From Vampirovibrionales bacterium (lineage in GTDB: Bacteria; Cyanobacteriota; Vampirovibrionia; Vampirovibrionales; Vampirovibrionaceae): DNA of 64,000 nucleotides. Where the stretch lies: assembly GCA_035285165.1 (NCBI GenBank), contig JAYKHP010000018.1:81486-145485 (forward strand), read 5' to 3'. The position numbers were made by a program, and so were the translations under genes. Shown here in pieces: positions 27,803 through 36,590 of this stretch (the first letter of the stretch is position 1; each line of letters opens with the position of its first letter). The notes below the pieces were generated by a model that did not search any database, was not told the origin of the DNA, and saw only the letters and a list, made by a program, of their open reading frames with translations.

Positions 27803-27836
27803 GCCCCTTGAAGCATCGTCTTGAAGGGGCTTTTGT
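27803..27836 (+). terminator. rho-independent terminator
   Basis: 'GCCCCTTGAAG catcgt CTTGAAGGGGC TTTTGTC' forms a 10-bp stem with one G.G mismatch followed by a T-run. Confidence 0.6.
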
Positions 27837-28389
27837 CATGTATAGAAACGATATACTCTCAGCATGGACTTGCCGGGGAAAACTGTCTTTAGTACAATCT
27901 CAGGACTATTAAGAAAGTTGAAAAACAAATCTCCAAATTTGTTTACGATTATTCGTCAATTGTTTCATTCTTCACGAAACGCCATCGACACAATAGAATC
28001 AGGCAATATTCCGTATTTATTGAAGAAACCCTTAACATTGGCCGACATATCGTTACAAAGAAAAACGTTAAAACTCCCGTCAATCAGCCATTGATGATGG
28101 TCGTGGGCACAAAAGGCCCCTGTCAAGCAATTTCCCCGGTAAAGCGATTTCATAGTAGTAAAAGTTTAGTTTACGGCAAACTGCCGAATGAAATATCCAT
28201 GATCCGGTACTCCCGATAGCAGCTTAGGTCAATCTTGGCGTGTCCACCTACCCCCTCTAGGGTTTTTCAAATTTTTTTCTTTTCCACCCAACCTCCAGGG
28301 TGTAGGTTCGGAAATCCCTAAATCGCCCCGGAAATCCTAATGGTCAATTTTTAAATTCAGGCTCAAATAACAGTAAGAGGAAACCATTC

Positions 28390-29169
28390 GTGAACGCTAC
28401 TTCAAACGCCACTTCCGAAGACATCAAAACTTCTCCTGCCGCAGCCACCACGCGCAATGAAAAAGTCCTCATCGTGGATGATGAAGCCAGCATTCGCCGG
28501 ATTCTGGAAACGCGCTTCAAAATGCTCGGTTATGAAACCGCCACCGCCGGTGACGGCGAAGAGGCCATCGACATTTACGGCAAATTCAACCCGGATATCA
28601 TTATCCTGGATATCATGATGCCCAAGATGGATGGCTATGGCGTTACCAAAGAAGTGCGCAAGAACAGCGACACGCCCATCATCATCCTGACGGCCCTTGG
28701 CGATGTGGCCGAGCGCGTCACGGGTCTTGAACTCGGTGCGGACGATTATGTCGTCAAGCCCTTCAGTCCCAAAGAGCTTGAGGCGCGCGTCAAGTGTATC
28801 CTGAGACGAACCACCACCAAGAACGGCGCTGCCGCTCCCACCAGCAAGGAAACCAGCAATCTGATCGTGGTGGGTAACATTAAGATTGATCTCAACAAGC
28901 GCCAGGTCTTCAAGAAGAACGAGCGTATCCGCCTGACCGGCATGGAGTTCAGCCTGCTGGAACTGTTGGTCAGCAACTCGGGCCGCCCCTATTCCAGAAG
29001 CGAAATTCTCCAGTCGGTCTGGTCTTATCCCCCCGAAAACCGCATTGACACCCGAGTGGTAGACGTCCACATCAGCCGTCTGCGCTCCAAGCTTGAAACC
29101 GACATCAGCAACCCCGAGCTGATTCTGACCGCTCGCGGCATCGGCTATATGTTTCAGAAAATCGACTAA
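28390..29169 (+). CDS. OmpR-family response regulator, RpaB/Ycf27-like
   Basis: The receiver domain is 'KVLIVDDEASIRRILETRF...IIILDIMMPKMDGYGV...IIILTALGDVAERVTGLELGADDYVVKPFSPKELEARV'. Long stretches are near-identical to cyanobacterial RpaB, from memory. There is a winged-helix C-terminus. The start is a GTG with an AAGAGGA SD 8 nt upstream. No histidine kinase is adjacent. Confidence 0.85.
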   Translation: MNATSNATSEDIKTSPAAATTRNEKVLIVDDEASIRRILETRFKMLGYETATAGDGEEAIDIYGKFNPDIIILDIMMPKMDGYGVTKEVRKNSDTPIIILTALGDVAERVTGLELGADDYVVKPFSPKELEARVKCILRRTTTKNGAAAPTSKETSNLIVVGNIKIDLNKRQVFKKNERIRLTGMEFSLLELLVSNSGRPYSRSEILQSVWSYPPENRIDTRVVDVHISRLRSKLETDISNPELILTARGIGYMFQKID

Positions 29170-29190
29170 GCCATTTGCTTGCTTATGATG

Positions 29191-29228
29191 AAAAACCCCT
29201 CTTCCTTTACCAAGTGGAGGGGTTTTAA
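29191..29228. terminator. bidirectional terminator between convergent genes
   Basis: 'AAAAACCCCTC ttcctttaccaagtg GAGGGGTTTT' has a GC stem flanked by an A-run and a T-run. It sits between the response regulator (+) and the 29232..30080 gene (-). Confidence 0.55.
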
Positions 29229-29231
29229 TCT

Positions 29232-30080
29232 TCAATTAACGTTGACGTTAATCCCCACCAGGATAGCATGGTTAATTCGGTCATTGGCGGGGGCAAGGTT
29301 ATTGACGTAATTATGCAGATAACCCGCCTCGATATTGAAAAACGGGTTGACTCTGCGGTTCAGGCCGATAAACGCCCGGTTTTGGTCAATTCCCGCCTGA
29401 GGGCCTCCCGGCGTGTTATTCAAGTTGACGAATAATTCGTTATGCGCCAACAAAAACCATTTGTAATCATCAACCGTCACGTTATCCGCCTGAGGGGCCG
29501 CCACTGGGCCAGGCGCCGTTAACGTCTTATTGAACTCCTTATCATCATTGTCTGCACCCTTAGAACTATCCCCTTTAAAGATGCTGGCAAGCGGAACACT
29601 GAACAGCAGACGATGACGGGCCCTCAACGATGTTCTCCCCGCATCCTCGATAAAGCGCTGCTCAAAGCGCGTGCGATTCGACATGGTGAACGGTCGGTCG
29701 AGAACTTTAAACTTGTTTTCAACCAATAGCTGCTGAAACAGCCGGTGCTCGTTTCTAAACTCCGGGTTAAAGGCGGGCGTCCAGCCATACCCCTGCCAGA
29801 AAGAAACGTTCTTGGTCAACTGGATACCGGCCAGCGGTCGGATAATCAGGAGATTGAGATTATTGGGGTTTCTCGGGCCGGTTTCGGCCAGAATCGTCCT
29901 GGGCTGGACTTCAAAGGTCAATAAACCTCTCTTGTGAAACTTCGCGTTAAAAATCACGGGCGTCCAAATCTGCAACTGCTGATCCGGATCAGATGCCGCA
30001 TAAGCAGACGAGAAGCTTGGCAAGATCGCCGGACAAGCCAAGGCGAAGCCAATCGCAAGAATGCCAAAAACTTTTTTCAA
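29232..30080 (-). CDS. secreted / putative outer-membrane protein
   Basis: There is an N-terminal signal peptide 'MKKVFGILAIGFALACPAILPSFSSAYA'. The composition is rich in alternating hydrophobic/polar residues, and the C-terminus ends '...GINVNVN'. Confidence 0.55.
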   Translation of the reverse strand: MKKVFGILAIGFALACPAILPSFSSAYAASDPDQQLQIWTPVIFNAKFHKRGLLTFEVQPRTILAETGPRNPNNLNLLIIRPLAGIQLTKNVSFWQGYGWTPAFNPEFRNEHRLFQQLLVENKFKVLDRPFTMSNRTRFEQRFIEDAGRTSLRARHRLLFSVPLASIFKGDSSKGADNDDKEFNKTLTAPGPVAAPQADNVTVDDYKWFLLAHNELFVNLNNTPGGPQAGIDQNRAFIGLNRRVNPFFNIEAGYLHNYVNNLAPANDRINHAILVGINVNVN

Positions 30081-30139
30081 CTGAGCGTAATTTTCCGAAT
30101 GACAACGCTGGTTAAACAGTCTTCAAGACCATTTGCGCT

Positions 30140-31201
30140 TCAAGACTGTTTTCGGTGGTTCGACACATCATAGGCCTGTACGGGAACCGGATGGAGATCA
30201 TACACAATCCCAAGCCACGACATGGCGTTAAGAATGTAAAAAGAGATATCAATCTCCCACCAATAAAACCCCTGGCGCACCGCACCCTGGTACTTGTGGT
30301 GGTTGTTATGCCAGCCCTCGCCGAATGTCAGCAACGCCAGGAAAAAATTATTACGGCTGGTGTCGGTGGTTTCATAGCGCCTGCTGCCAAAAACATGCGC
30401 CAGTGAGTTAATCGTGCAGGTTCCGTGGAAAAGAACGACCGTACTGACAAACAGGCCCCACACCAACAATTGCGGGCCGTTGGTATTGAGCTGCGGCGCA
30501 AAATGATGCAGCAATGAACCTGCGCCAAGCAGGGCAAGGCCATAGAACAGCCCGCCCAGCCAGTCGAAACGGTTTAAAAAGACCAGTTCCGGATATTTGG
30601 CCAAATCGGGAATCAGCTTGTAATCGGTGTACATATTGGCTTCATCGGTCATCCAGCCAAGATGCGCCCACCAGATGCCACTTTGCTTCGGCGAATGCAG
30701 ATCGGGGGGTTCATCGGAATACTTGTGATGATGCCGATGGTTGGCCGCCCACCAGAGCGCCCCACGCTGAATGGTAGTCGAGCAGCAAAGCGCGAAGATG
30801 AATTGCCAGAAACGGTTGGTGCTGTAAGTTCTATGGGAAAAATAGCGATGAAAGAAAGCGGAAACAAAAAAGACGCGTGCCCAATAAAGCGCCAACGCCA
30901 CCCCAACGGCAACGGGGCTGACACCCACCCAGAAAACCGCCAGACATCCCAGATGCAAAAAAGCGAACGGGGCAAGCCTTGCGATATCTGTTTTCTTTTT
31001 GCTCGGCGCAAGACGCTGGCGCTCAATGGAAGCTTCGCGCCGGGCCAGACCTTGCTCCGCGTTGTGATCAGCATCAAGCCAGGCGAGGGCCTTTTTGATT
31101 TTTTCAAGCACACGCTCCCGCTTGCGCTTTGGCGCAAGGGGAATGATGGGGGTTAAAACTGGAACCGGCTTGACTTCGGCTGCTTGCAAATGGGATGCCA
31201 T
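30140..31201 (-). CDS. acyl-CoA (delta-9-type) fatty-acid desaturase
   Basis: Three His boxes are present: 'HRYFSHRTY', 'HRHHHKYSDEPPDLHSP' and 'HNNHHKY'. There are multiple TM segments. The track start is a TTG at 31228, and an ATG at 31201 gives 'MASHLQAAEV'. Confidence 0.85.
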   Translation of the reverse strand: MASHLQAAEVKPVPVLTPIIPLAPKRKRERVLEKIKKALAWLDADHNAEQGLARREASIERQRLAPSKKKTDIARLAPFAFLHLGCLAVFWVGVSPVAVGVALALYWARVFFVSAFFHRYFSHRTYSTNRFWQFIFALCCSTTIQRGALWWAANHRHHHKYSDEPPDLHSPKQSGIWWAHLGWMTDEANMYTDYKLIPDLAKYPELVFLNRFDWLGGLFYGLALLGAGSLLHHFAPQLNTNGPQLLVWGLFVSTVVLFHGTCTINSLAHVFGSRRYETTDTSRNNFFLALLTFGEGWHNNHHKYQGAVRQGFYWWEIDISFYILNAMSWLGIVYDLHPVPVQAYDVSNHRKQS

Positions 31202-31306
31202 AAAGAAAAAATACCTTTTTACGATCAATGTTGTCCTATTATTGTCCTACAACCCGACTCATTGTTCTATTCGGCTTTCAAATATTGGGCTTTCAGAAAC
31301 TTACGG

Positions 31307-31828
31307 TCAGGAATTGGATAAAGGCTGACGATTGGCCCCTTTGAGTTGTAGCAAGAGATAATCCAGCGAGTATTTTCCAGGCCCAGAGATAAAGCCCAGC
31401 ACCCCCACCGTCAGGTATAACGTGGCCAGCTCCGAGGAAGCGCCACCGGTTGGTGAAACATAAGGATCGCCGCTGGGCAGGTGAACCAGCCCGAGGGCGC
31501 CTATCATCACCAGAACGATGGCAATCGAGGCAATGGGACTGAGAAGACCCAACGCAAAGCCAATGCCTCCGGCAAACTCGGCCAGGGCGGCGGCAAGCTG
31601 TAATACGGGGGGGATGGGGCTGTCGGGGCCCATCCAGGACGTAGCGGCTCCCAGCTTGGCCAGGCCATGAAGCGACATGCCAATCCCAAAGGCCAGACGG
31701 ACTAAGAGCTTGGCCAGGGATACCGATTGGGTGTCCTGCAATAACAAGGAACGGTAAACGTTAAACACGCGGCAATACTCCTCTATCCCTAACGAAGACA
31801 AGACCGGGGAATTCTTCTGATGAATCAT
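31307..31828 (-). CDS. DoxX-family membrane protein
   Basis: It has four hydrophobic helices with a DoxX-like pattern ('LLVRLAFGIGMSLHGLAKL...'). Confidence 0.65.
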   Translation of the reverse strand: MIHQKNSPVLSSLGIEEYCRVFNVYRSLLLQDTQSVSLAKLLVRLAFGIGMSLHGLAKLGAATSWMGPDSPIPPVLQLAAALAEFAGGIGFALGLLSPIASIAIVLVMIGALGLVHLPSGDPYVSPTGGASSELATLYLTVGVLGFISGPGKYSLDYLLLQLKGANRQPLSNS

Positions 31829-31977
31829 CTTGTTGATTGATTTGCTTGATTCTCTTTATCATCGGGCTTATGACATGTTTTGGCAAGCCCAATCAAACAC
31901 CCTCTCGTCATTGTTGTAATTGTCATAAAGTTCAGGCAAACTAAAGCTCGAAACATCTAACCTAAGGGGGAGCAACT

Positions 31978-32898
31978 ATGAGAGAGCAGGCTATACTCAA
32001 GCCTTCCACCGACACCCGAAAAACGGCTTTATCACCAGCCTTGCCGCTTGAAGACGAGTACGTCGATATTCTCAACAAGGCACAGCGGGGACTTGGCTTG
32101 ACACTGGATGAACTGGCCGAGCGGGCGCAGGTTTCAGTGCCGCTGCTTCAAGCGATCAAGGGCGGACAGTTTGCCGAGGAAGACGCGCTGAAGAAAGTGG
32201 CGTTTGTATTGAACCTTTCACCCGAGCGCCTGCTTGCAAGCGCCAGGAAGCAATGGGCTCCTGAAGCGGTGGAGGCTTTTGAAGGCTTTGCCATGTTCAC
32301 CACCGATTATGGCGATATGACAGTCAACGCGTATCTGGTATGGGATCCGAAAACGAAAGAAGCCGCCACGTTTGACACCGGTGCAAGCGCACGACCCATT
32401 CTGGATTTTGTGGCGCAACACCCATTAAACGTCACGCGAATTTTCATCACCCATACGCACATGGATCACCTCGCCGATCTCGACAGGCTGCTTCAGGCCT
32501 ACCCTGAAGCGCGCGCCTATGGCTCGGCCATTGAAAACCCGCTGGGATTAAAACCGCTTGCGCCCGGTCATGCCCTCTGCCTGGGCAGTTTACGCATTGG
32601 CGTCTTGGGAACCCACGGCCATACGCCGGGCGGCTTGAGTTATTTTATTGAGGGTTTGAAACGTCAAAACGAAAACCAACCCCTGGTTATTAGCGGCGAC
32701 GCGCTGTTTGCAGGATCCATGGGAGGTACTGCGGGAGGTACTGCGGGGGGAGCGGCCTACGCCTATGAGAATGCGCTTGAAAATAACCGCAGGCATCTCC
32801 TGTCGCTTCCGCGCGAAACGGTGCTTTGTCCCGGCCACGGGCCGCTCAGCACAATTGCCGAACAGCGCCACAACCCGTTTTTTCCAGAGTATGTGTAA
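31978..32898 (+). CDS. HTH (XRE-like) domain fused to metallo-beta-lactamase-fold hydrolase
   Basis: The N-terminus 'LGLTLDELAERAQVSVPLLQAIKGG' is HTH-like. The MBL motifs 'HTHMDH', 'HGHTPG' and 'PGHGP' are present. An internal 'GGTAGGTAGG' is encoded by a 12-bp tandem DNA repeat. Confidence 0.7.
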   Translation: MREQAILKPSTDTRKTALSPALPLEDEYVDILNKAQRGLGLTLDELAERAQVSVPLLQAIKGGQFAEEDALKKVAFVLNLSPERLLASARKQWAPEAVEAFEGFAMFTTDYGDMTVNAYLVWDPKTKEAATFDTGASARPILDFVAQHPLNVTRIFITHTHMDHLADLDRLLQAYPEARAYGSAIENPLGLKPLAPGHALCLGSLRIGVLGTHGHTPGGLSYFIEGLKRQNENQPLVISGDALFAGSMGGTAGGTAGGAAYAYENALENNRRHLLSLPRETVLCPGHGPLSTIAEQRHNPFFPEYV

Positions 32899-32985
32899 TC
32901 CAGTCTCATCCGTCATTCCCAAGAAAGCATGATGAGAGAAGACAGAATGAAGATTTAGCAAAAGGATGATTTAGTAAAAAGGATC

Positions 32986-33903
32986 ATGATAATGAGCAAG
33001 GCAACTATCGGGTTTGTGGGACTGGGACGGATGGGCGCCAACATGGCAAGACGTCTCAAGGACTGTGGCTATGCCATTACCGCGCTTTACGACGCGGCCC
33101 AAAATGTTGCCCAGTCACTCGCTGATGAATTGGGCTCCCCGGAGGCGGCCGTTTTCTCGCTTGCCCAAGTTACCAAAAACGCTGATGTGATCATCACAGT
33201 CGTCAGCGATGATCAGGGCATGCGCGATATCTACGAAAACGCTGACGATAACCTCTTTATGGGCGCTTCTGGAAAACACTTCCTCAACTGCGCCACCGTC
33301 TCACCCGCCACCCATATCCACCTGATGGAAAAAGCCGCCTTTGAAAAGGCAGCGATGCTGGAACTGCCGATGGCCTCCAGTATCCCGCAGGCACGAGAGG
33401 GGAAACTATTTTTAATGTGCGCCGGAGACAAGTCTGTATTTGAAGAGACGAAAAGTTTACTGGCCGACATGGCGGCCTCCACCGTTTATACGGGAGGCCC
33501 CGGCACTGCCGCCAGCATGAAGGCGCTGGTCAATATGGTGATGAATATCAACACGGCAGGGCTTGCCGAAGGGTTGGGACTGGCCGAGGCGCTTGGTCTG
33601 GACTTGACGCTTGTAAGACAGGTATTCGCGCAGACCGGCGCCAATTCCCGCGTACTGGAAACCGACGGCGAGGATATGCAAAACCGAGCGCATGACGTGT
33701 ATTTTTCAGCCGCCCACGCGGCCAAGGACAGCGGAATCGCCCTCTCACTGGCCGAGGATTTAGGGCTTAGTTTACCCTTGGCGCTGGCCGCGAAAGCCCA
33801 ATATGAGCGCATGATTGCCGAAGGGCTTGGCGAGCTGGATAAATCCGGCATCTCCGAATTGACCTTTAAAGGTCGGCAAGCAAAAAGCCTAATATTGGAA
33901 TGA
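32986..33903 (+). CDS. NAD(P)-binding 3-hydroxyisobutyrate/6-phosphogluconate-dehydrogenase-like oxidoreductase
   Basis: 'IGFVGLGRMGANMARRL' is a Rossmann GxGxxG motif of the HIBADH family. 305 aa. Confidence 0.8.
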   Translation: MIMSKATIGFVGLGRMGANMARRLKDCGYAITALYDAAQNVAQSLADELGSPEAAVFSLAQVTKNADVIITVVSDDQGMRDIYENADDNLFMGASGKHFLNCATVSPATHIHLMEKAAFEKAAMLELPMASSIPQAREGKLFLMCAGDKSVFEETKSLLADMAASTVYTGGPGTAASMKALVNMVMNINTAGLAEGLGLAEALGLDLTLVRQVFAQTGANSRVLETDGEDMQNRAHDVYFSAAHAAKDSGIALSLAEDLGLSLPLALAAKAQYERMIAEGLGELDKSGISELTFKGRQAKSLILE

Positions 33904-33973
33904 CGGCAAGCGATAGAAAATCCTGAGCCGGGGGCTTGTGGGAATAGTTGCTCTCACCTCAAAATAAGACATT

Positions 33974-35212
33974 ATGGAGACGTCTCCCGAAAACGCTAAA
34001 GCTGCCAGCAAAAAAGAGGATTTGCGCATCCTTCAGGGCCACGCCTTGGCATATTTTGCCTTTGATATCGGCTATGAGGTCGATTTGGGGAAAGTTAACC
34101 AGCTATTGACCACCCAGCCTGTCCAGCCCATCTCCAGAACCAAGAAAACCCCCAATTACCTGCAATACGCCAAACCGCCGCAAATCGTGCCTTTGGGGCA
34201 AACGGACATTCTTTTCGATACCCAATTCGAGGGACAGGTCAATCCCCAGCCCTCCAGCCCTGATCTGACAGGCGCTTCTCACGGCAACGGAAAACAAGGC
34301 AAGGGACAAATCCAGGCCACCATTTTTGATTTTGGCGCCGTCAGCATTTCGTTTCGATGGCCGCTGGCAGCCCTGGCAGGCTTACAGGATAAGCCTGAAC
34401 AGGGCATCTTGCTTGAAACACTGCCGATTTACAGTAAGCAACTGTTTGAAACCAACCTGGAAGCGGAAGCGTGGCACCAGGTTGAGCGCGTTATGGAACG
34501 CATCCGACCCGCCATCAGCCGACCGCATTTATCCTCGTTAATTGAGGATTATTATGTCTTTATCATCGAAACGCTTTCTCAGCCGCTGCTGGCCCAGGAG
34601 TTGATGACGTCCCACAACGCCACGCTGGCGAAAATTCTTCGTTTTGAAACACAGCCGTTAAGCGTCGAACATCAGCGGGACACGCTCTCCAAGGCGGTAT
34701 CCTATTACGAGGATGACCTGGCGCTGATTGACTGGAACGCCAGCCTGATTTTCGACACCGACTACGCCGACACGCTCAATGTTCTGGAGCTGATGAACGT
34801 CGAGCTTCTTGAGGCCCGGTATATGGACGCTGAACTCGACAAGCGAATCGACGTGTACGAGGAAACCATCGCCAAAAAGCCGTCACACTGGTTTTTACCG
34901 CTCTGGAACCCTTACCGTAAAACCATTGGCGAACTGGCGGCGCTTCGGATTGAAGCGGCCCTGTTGGCCGAACGGGTGGAAAACGCCTTAAAACTGATTG
35001 GCGACCTGTACCTGGCGCGTATCCATACGGCGGCCTGCGAACGCTTTTCAATCAGCGCCTGGGATGAAGCCATTTCAAGAAAGCTCACCATTATCGGCAA
35101 TCTCTACCAGCTTCTAACGGATCGCATCAGCACCACGCAGGGGCAGACGCTGGAGATGATCATCATCCTGTTGATTCTGATCGAAATCCTGCTCAATATT
35201 ACCCCGCATTAA
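33974..35212 (+). CDS. DUF155/RMD1-like protein with C-terminal TM anchor (tentative)
   Basis: 'IFDFGAVSISFRW' resembles the conserved DUF155 block (vFxFxyGxvVfW). The body is long and helical, with a single C-terminal TM 'LEMIIILLILIEILLNI'. Confidence 0.4.
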   Translation: METSPENAKAASKKEDLRILQGHALAYFAFDIGYEVDLGKVNQLLTTQPVQPISRTKKTPNYLQYAKPPQIVPLGQTDILFDTQFEGQVNPQPSSPDLTGASHGNGKQGKGQIQATIFDFGAVSISFRWPLAALAGLQDKPEQGILLETLPIYSKQLFETNLEAEAWHQVERVMERIRPAISRPHLSSLIEDYYVFIIETLSQPLLAQELMTSHNATLAKILRFETQPLSVEHQRDTLSKAVSYYEDDLALIDWNASLIFDTDYADTLNVLELMNVELLEARYMDAELDKRIDVYEETIAKKPSHWFLPLWNPYRKTIGELAALRIEAALLAERVENALKLIGDLYLARIHTAACERFSISAWDEAISRKLTIIGNLYQLLTDRISTTQGQTLEMIIILLILIEILLNITPH

Positions 35213-35236
35213 TGGCCGGAATTAATTCTACAGGCG

Positions 35237-35265
35237 TTGACAGCGGCTTGCATTCACCTTAGGAT
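35237..35265 (+). promoter_or_regulatory. sigma70-type promoter (TTGACA-17-TAGGAT)
   Basis: A perfect -35 TTGACA at 35237..35242 is followed by a 17-bp spacer and the -10 TAGGAT. Confidence 0.4.
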
Positions 35266-35490
35266 GAACATGTTCTAAAGGGCTGCTCCGTTTCTATTGG
35301 ACAAGAATTATCCTCAGAAACTGGTATCGCCCAAAATCCCCACTCGTTTATAAAGACAATCATACTGTGTTAAGCTACTCATCCAACGCCTGCTGCTGTT
35401 CCATCGCTTGTTGTCCCCTCAAGCGGTCGGCTTTTGGCGTGTCAGTAGCTCTCTTCTAAGCACAACGACATCCCCAGAACAGTTTTACGA

Positions 35491-35532
35491 AACTGCCGAA
35501 CGCTTCTCTCCCCGCGTTCGGCAGTTTTTGTT
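35491..35532. terminator. strong bidirectional intrinsic terminator
   Basis: 'AAACTGCCGAACGC ttctctcccc GCGTTCGGCAG TTTTTG' is an 11-bp perfect GC-rich stem with an A-run upstream and a T-run downstream. Confidence 0.75.
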
Positions 35533-35612
35533 TGCAATCCTTAGTGACCCACCGTTTCGTTTTTTCCTTCACCGGTTTTAATCCGTTAGCTCCCAGAAAG
35601 ACAGCCCCCAAA

Positions 35613-36578
35613 ATGCCTGTAGCCCCTCTTTACTTCCCGCCGCAATATGCCCCACCGCAAGCACCCATCTCTCATGAGCTGGGCCAGCGTCCGGCACCCC
35701 CTGTTACGAGAAACAACCTAACCACCCTGAAGCCTCAACCACAGGCCCCCATACAAACCCTTCAAAAACCCTATTTGGGCTTTCAGGATCTCGCCAACGT
35801 TGCCCCGGCGGATGTATTGGTGGTGCTGGCCCACCCGGATGACGAAATTTTCCTCTCAGGCACCGCCGCCAAGCTGGCAAAAGAAGGCAAGCGGGTTCAA
35901 TTCGTTTACGCCACCAACGGTAAAGCGGGCGAAGACGTTTCAGGCAGAGGGTTCAGCGGAGATATTCTTGGTGTTGAGCGCTCGTTTGAAGCCTCAAGGG
36001 CGCTTCAAAAACTGGGCGTCAACCGCCCGCCAATGATTCTCGATTTTATGGACGGTGAAACCGGCAATTTTCCAGAGGCCCTAAAAGAGCAGCTTCGCGC
36101 CATCCTCCTGCATACAAGACCCCAAACCGTCCTGCTGTTTAACGCCGAAAACGGGTTGACGGGGCACCCGGATCATAAAAACGTTTCAAGCTTTGTGGAC
36201 GATGTTCTTGAGACGGTTGCAGAAGGCAAGAGCGCAAGAGACAGGGCCGATCAAAATAAGCTTGGTGACTTGTTCAACTCGGGCGGCGTTTACCAGGCAA
36301 GCCTCTCAGAAACCGCCTTTCGGCATTTCCGCCTGTTTTTTCCAGAAGATAATCCATCCTGGCAGGGGCTTCAAGCCGTTTACGACAGCACCGTAACGCT
36401 TCGCACCCCCATCGATCCCGAACTGTCGAAGATCAAAGCCCTGTCGCACCAGCAACACGCCAGCCAGTATCGCTCTGAGGATTTTGCGCAGATGCAACGC
36501 TTTTACCAGCAATATCCTTACGAAGAATTTATCAGATACCAGATTAAGCGCCAGCCCGCGCCCCGTATCCAACCTTAA
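35613..36578 (+). CDS. PIG-L/LmbE-family N-acetylglucosaminyl deacetylase with Pro-rich N-terminal extension
   Basis: 'VLVVLAHPDDEIFLSGTAAKLAKEGKRVQFVYATNGKAGE' is the LmbE/PIG-L zinc-binding HPDDE motif. The track ORF starts at a TTG (35532), and the in-frame ATG at 35613 is likelier because the terminator lies upstream of it. Confidence 0.75.
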   Translation: MPVAPLYFPPQYAPPQAPISHELGQRPAPPVTRNNLTTLKPQPQAPIQTLQKPYLGFQDLANVAPADVLVVLAHPDDEIFLSGTAAKLAKEGKRVQFVYATNGKAGEDVSGRGFSGDILGVERSFEASRALQKLGVNRPPMILDFMDGETGNFPEALKEQLRAILLHTRPQTVLLFNAENGLTGHPDHKNVSSFVDDVLETVAEGKSARDRADQNKLGDLFNSGGVYQASLSETAFRHFRLFFPEDNPSWQGLQAVYDSTVTLRTPIDPELSKIKALSHQQHASQYRSEDFAQMQRFYQQYPYEEFIRYQIKRQPAPRIQP

Positions 36579-36590
36579 TCACCCAAACTC

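Noticed and set aside
28402-29235. 277-aa antisense ORF covering the whole response-regulator gene
   Set aside because: The plus strand encodes an unmistakable OmpR/RpaB-type regulator. The antisense ORF is a GC-skew artefact.
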